Assembly (NCBI GenBank): GCA_034003585.1 | Contig: JAVEYH010000004.1 | Span: forward strand, 16,488-80,487 | DNA length: 64,000 nt | Origin: Kiritimatiellia bacterium | GTDB taxonomy: Bacteria > Verrucomicrobiota > Kiritimatiellia > RFP12 > UBA1067 | Direction: 5' to 3' | Shown: positions 63,001-64,000 of the stretch, piece by piece | Layout: each line of letters opens with the position of its first letter | How positions within the stretch are numbered: the stretch's first letter is position 1 | Position numbers and translations under genes: made by a program | Notes under the pieces: model-generated | The model's database searches: none | Seen by the model: the letters and a program-made list of their open reading frames with translations, nothing else | Told to the model about the DNA's origin: nothing

Positions 63001-63318
63001 GAGAACGACCGCAAGGTGGACGTGCTGGTGGCCCTCAGCCACGGCATCCACGCGACGCGCGAGGAGGCGGAGTTGTCCCGTCCGAAAATCGCGCTCGGCA
63101 GCATCTATTTCGACGGCGCGCCCAAGAACTGGTGCCGGCAGTGGGCGCGGGAGCGCGGGGTTCTCAACCGCGAATTCGAGGCCGTCGGCGCGAAATGCTT
63201 CGATTCGGGTGTGTGGGGAACGGTTGCCGTGACGAGCGATGGCAAAACCTGCTACGCCGAGACCGAGTTCAAGAAACCCCGCAAGGGCGTTTCCGAATAC
63301 AAACAACACGGAAAATAA
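60070..63318 (+). CDS. Right-handed beta-helix protein fused to a C-terminal metallo-beta-lactamase-fold hydrolase domain
   Basis: Start ATG 60070 (MSLLCARRKEIVFATVVAAVWSNFAATIEV). GTG 60025 is an alternative start. PbH1 repeats (VQDCDIRRTGGWGVKFEGGCTGCAVRDS…, SHNTIRDFYYSAVSVGHDWG). C-terminal MBL motif VIVSHSHGDHFGGLIWL. Confidence 0.7.
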   Translation: MSLLCARRKEIVFATVVAAVWSNFAATIEVKPGDGTIAAAVEKLRVLRAGQPDEPVTVRLAGGVYELAGTIRLTAKDATAPVLFTAADGAEVLVSGGRCLKGGRVDGGVVKFPVPEWKNGSWKIEQLYINGRRALRPSVPENQYFYPEGRIDDPEDAEKAKADAAKGNPRKVKAAYDRFIAAPGQIPEEWKGVEVIVPHGWVITRARIKSYNPATRETVIDGGRPGYMHDITTDRHYRLENVKAAFGKPGEWYADTGSGEIFYTPLKTEKADSLEVVAPRLHTLFVVEGDPASNRKAGNITFEKITFAHTAFVLPDGGCADHQASLDHAGAIVARFADNVVVQDCDIRRTGGWGVKFEGGCTGCAVRDSRLFDLGAGGVEIGSPKRGIRKNNRAEYTERCAVERCFIECGGRVHPAAIGVAVTLAGHNLVSHNTIRDFYYSAVSVGHDWGDGNPAAAGNIVEWNHIYDIGQRVLSDLAAVYTLGEQPGTEIRNNLIHDVWTARYGAQGVYLDQGSKYITVSNNVIVRALEASFSSAAGACGHNLFANNIFMFPRRYAAWLYSEKDYGNWMPKHRHSPGHQLFIERNIFLGDENLKGMFPAEGRQPLSDRIHFKGNTWWNIGWPEDFKFSSWTKGTNVLDVVTEDDPPEAFYQSPKQWRDRLRLKVPSEDVANFLAKTDGDVVADPLLAMPYGSEAFLFPAPDSPAVKNGFVPFDLSREVGAGKPHAKGKPRMTRPENATQTFPRAPLSPSAQRTLAKAESAAKDTLRLIVFKQRFTGGGAGFALLFRTPNGKNYLFDAGNGGNCVVPFSCGRDEIDHYLYEHDIRKLDGVIVSHSHGDHFGGLIWLADKYKADKFWDSGYTFPGSDGAGEDGWAKILREKMLRFHPDMACIKVRRGDKMDWDADLDVTVINPPPGAGIPVLDNDKRPKNDTPGHHLLNANAIGIRVKFKDVVFQVNGDIQEDYAHEHLFPFIREAYAENDRKVDVLVALSHGIHATREEAELSRPKIALGSIYFDGAPKNWCRQWARERGVLNREFEAVGAKCFDSGVWGTVAVTSDGKTCYAETEFKKPRKGVSEYKQHGK

Positions 63319-63396
63319 GCATTGGCTTCGGGGGCGGCATCGGAATCGGGTCCGTCAGCCAAGGGGGGGGGGTCGGCCCCGATGCTTTTCCAAGAC
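63313..63396 (+). repeat. Hairpin-forming intergenic repeat, copy R3 (shortened), containing an 11-G homopolymer
   Basis: …AATAAGcattggcttcGGGGGCGGCATCGGAATCGGgtccgtCAGCCAAGGGGGGGGGGGTCGGCCCCGATgcTTTTCCAAGAC. Followed by REP hairpin 63403..63420. Confidence 0.5.
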
Positions 63397-63402
63397 GTTG
63401 TT

Positions 63403-63420
63403 GCGGGCGGGGACGCCCGC
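63403..63420. repeat. REP-like GC hairpin GCGGGCG-GGGA-CGCCCGC (copy 2)
   Basis: Identical to 51497..51514. Confidence 0.4.
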
Positions 63421-63543
63421 GCTCCCGACTCCGCGTACTTCAGCGTTACGCGTTGGACGTTGCGCGTTGAACGTTTCGATCCTTCTTCCCCGTTCCCTGT
63501 CCCGCGACTGCGGCACCTCAACGGTAACGCGCACCCGCGCGGC

Positions 63544-64000
63544 TCACTCTGCCGCCGGTTTGCGCAGGCGGAGCTGGCCGCAGGCGGCGTCCGCGTCCCG
63601 GCCGCGCGACTGGCGCAGCGTGGTCGCGAGCCCGGCCCGGAGCAACCGGTCCAGAAACGCGAGGCAGATGCGGTCCCCGGGGCGTTCGCCGTCAAACCCC
63701 TCGACCGGCGAGAGCGGAATGAGGTTGACTTTGCAGGGCATGCCGCGCAACAGGCGGACCAGGGCATCGGCATGCTGCGGCGCGTCGTTGAGGCCTTTGA
63801 CCAGCGTGTACTCAAAGGTGACGACGCGTCCGGTCTTCTCAAAATAAGCGCGGCAGGCCGCGATCACTTCCGCCACGGGCCAGCGCCGGTTGACCGGCAT
63901 CAGCCGGCTGCGCAGCGCGTCATCCGGCGCGTGCAGCGAAACCGAGAGTTCAAACTGGATGCCCTCTTCGGCCAGGCGCCGGATGCCGGGCACGACGCCG
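63544..64000 (-). CDS. rlmN: Radical-SAM 23S rRNA/tRNA adenine-C2 methyltransferase RlmN family, C-terminal part (5' end beyond window)
   Basis: …LRGMPCKVNLIPLSPVEGFDGERPGDRICLAFLDRLLRAGLATTLRQSRGRDADAACGQL matches the RlmN/Cfr C-terminal region, including the catalytic-Cys GQL motif. Confidence 0.75.
   Translation of the reverse strand, partial: GVVPGIRRLAEEGIQFELSVSLHAPDDALRSRLMPVNRRWPVAEVIAACRAYFEKTGRVVTFEYTLVKGLNDAPQHADALVRLLRGMPCKVNLIPLSPVEGFDGERPGDRICLAFLDRLLRAGLATTLRQSRGRDADAACGQLRLRKPAAE

Noticed and set aside
1-64000. CRISPR arrays, reverse transcriptases (retrons/DGRs), toxin-antitoxin pairs, transposases
   Set aside because: No regularly spaced direct repeats, RT motifs (YxDD), small TA-like gene pairs or transposase domains were recognised. 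The only mobile-element-like feature is the TIR-bounded MITE-like element.

Overview
High-GC (~65-70%) Gram-negative chromosomal segment carrying LPS/lipoprotein biogenesis genes (lpxA, lptF/G-like, lnt), housekeeping genes (panD, hisC, recD2, rlmN, tRNA-Ala) and a large set of secreted or surface carbohydrate-active and proteolytic proteins. The gene content points to the Planctomycetota-Verrucomicrobiota-Kiritimatiellota superphylum; this is an inference from content, not a database hit.

Content that points that way:
- Many right-handed beta-helix lipoproteins.
- TAT-secreted Gfo/Idh/MocA oxidoreductases paired with a DUF6807 (PmoA-like) protein.
- An autotransporter-associated beta-strand-repeat protein, beta-propeller proteins and tandem alpha/beta hydrolases.
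- OmpA-family outer-membrane proteins with thrombospondin-type-3 (TSP3) repeats.

Most distinctive loci:
1. 1..11492: an ECF sigma / anti-sigma / TPR-lipoprotein operon, divergent from a FadL-family outer-membrane channel, a secreted TPR protein and a 2323-aa giant protein. The giant has two beta-helix domains and two clan-CD (caspase/legumain-like) peptidase domains, one with an intact His/Cys dyad and one degenerate (Gln/Ser). It looks like a cell-surface-signalling unit built on a FadL-type channel rather than a TonB-dependent receptor.
2. 33678..36025: a translationally coupled PPP-family (ApaH-like) metallophosphoesterase with a transmembrane C-terminal extension, plus a DEDDy PolB-like 3'-5' exonuclease.
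3. A hairpin-forming ~85-100 bp intergenic repeat family in three copies (55586..55688, 59714..59812, 63313..63396). One copy is embedded in a ~283 bp element bounded by perfect 22-bp terminal inverted repeats (59644..59926), so it looks like a miniature transposable element (MITE). There are also REP-like hairpins and a recurrent TTGCGCGTT intergenic motif.
4. 37872..40990: a perfect tandem duplication (~1.5 kb) of an OmpA/TSP3 gene unit that carried along the terminator and a decayed 5' fragment of the neighbouring lptF/G gene.
5. 33363..33533: a 56-aa 2[4Fe-4S] ferredoxin gene missed by the >=60-aa ORF track; it has a strong Shine-Dalgarno (SD) sequence and its own terminator.

The ORF track translates GTG/TTG starts as M. 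Many long ORFs antisense to real genes are high-GC artefacts and were rejected. No CRISPR array, integrase, transposase or reverse-transcriptase gene was seen.
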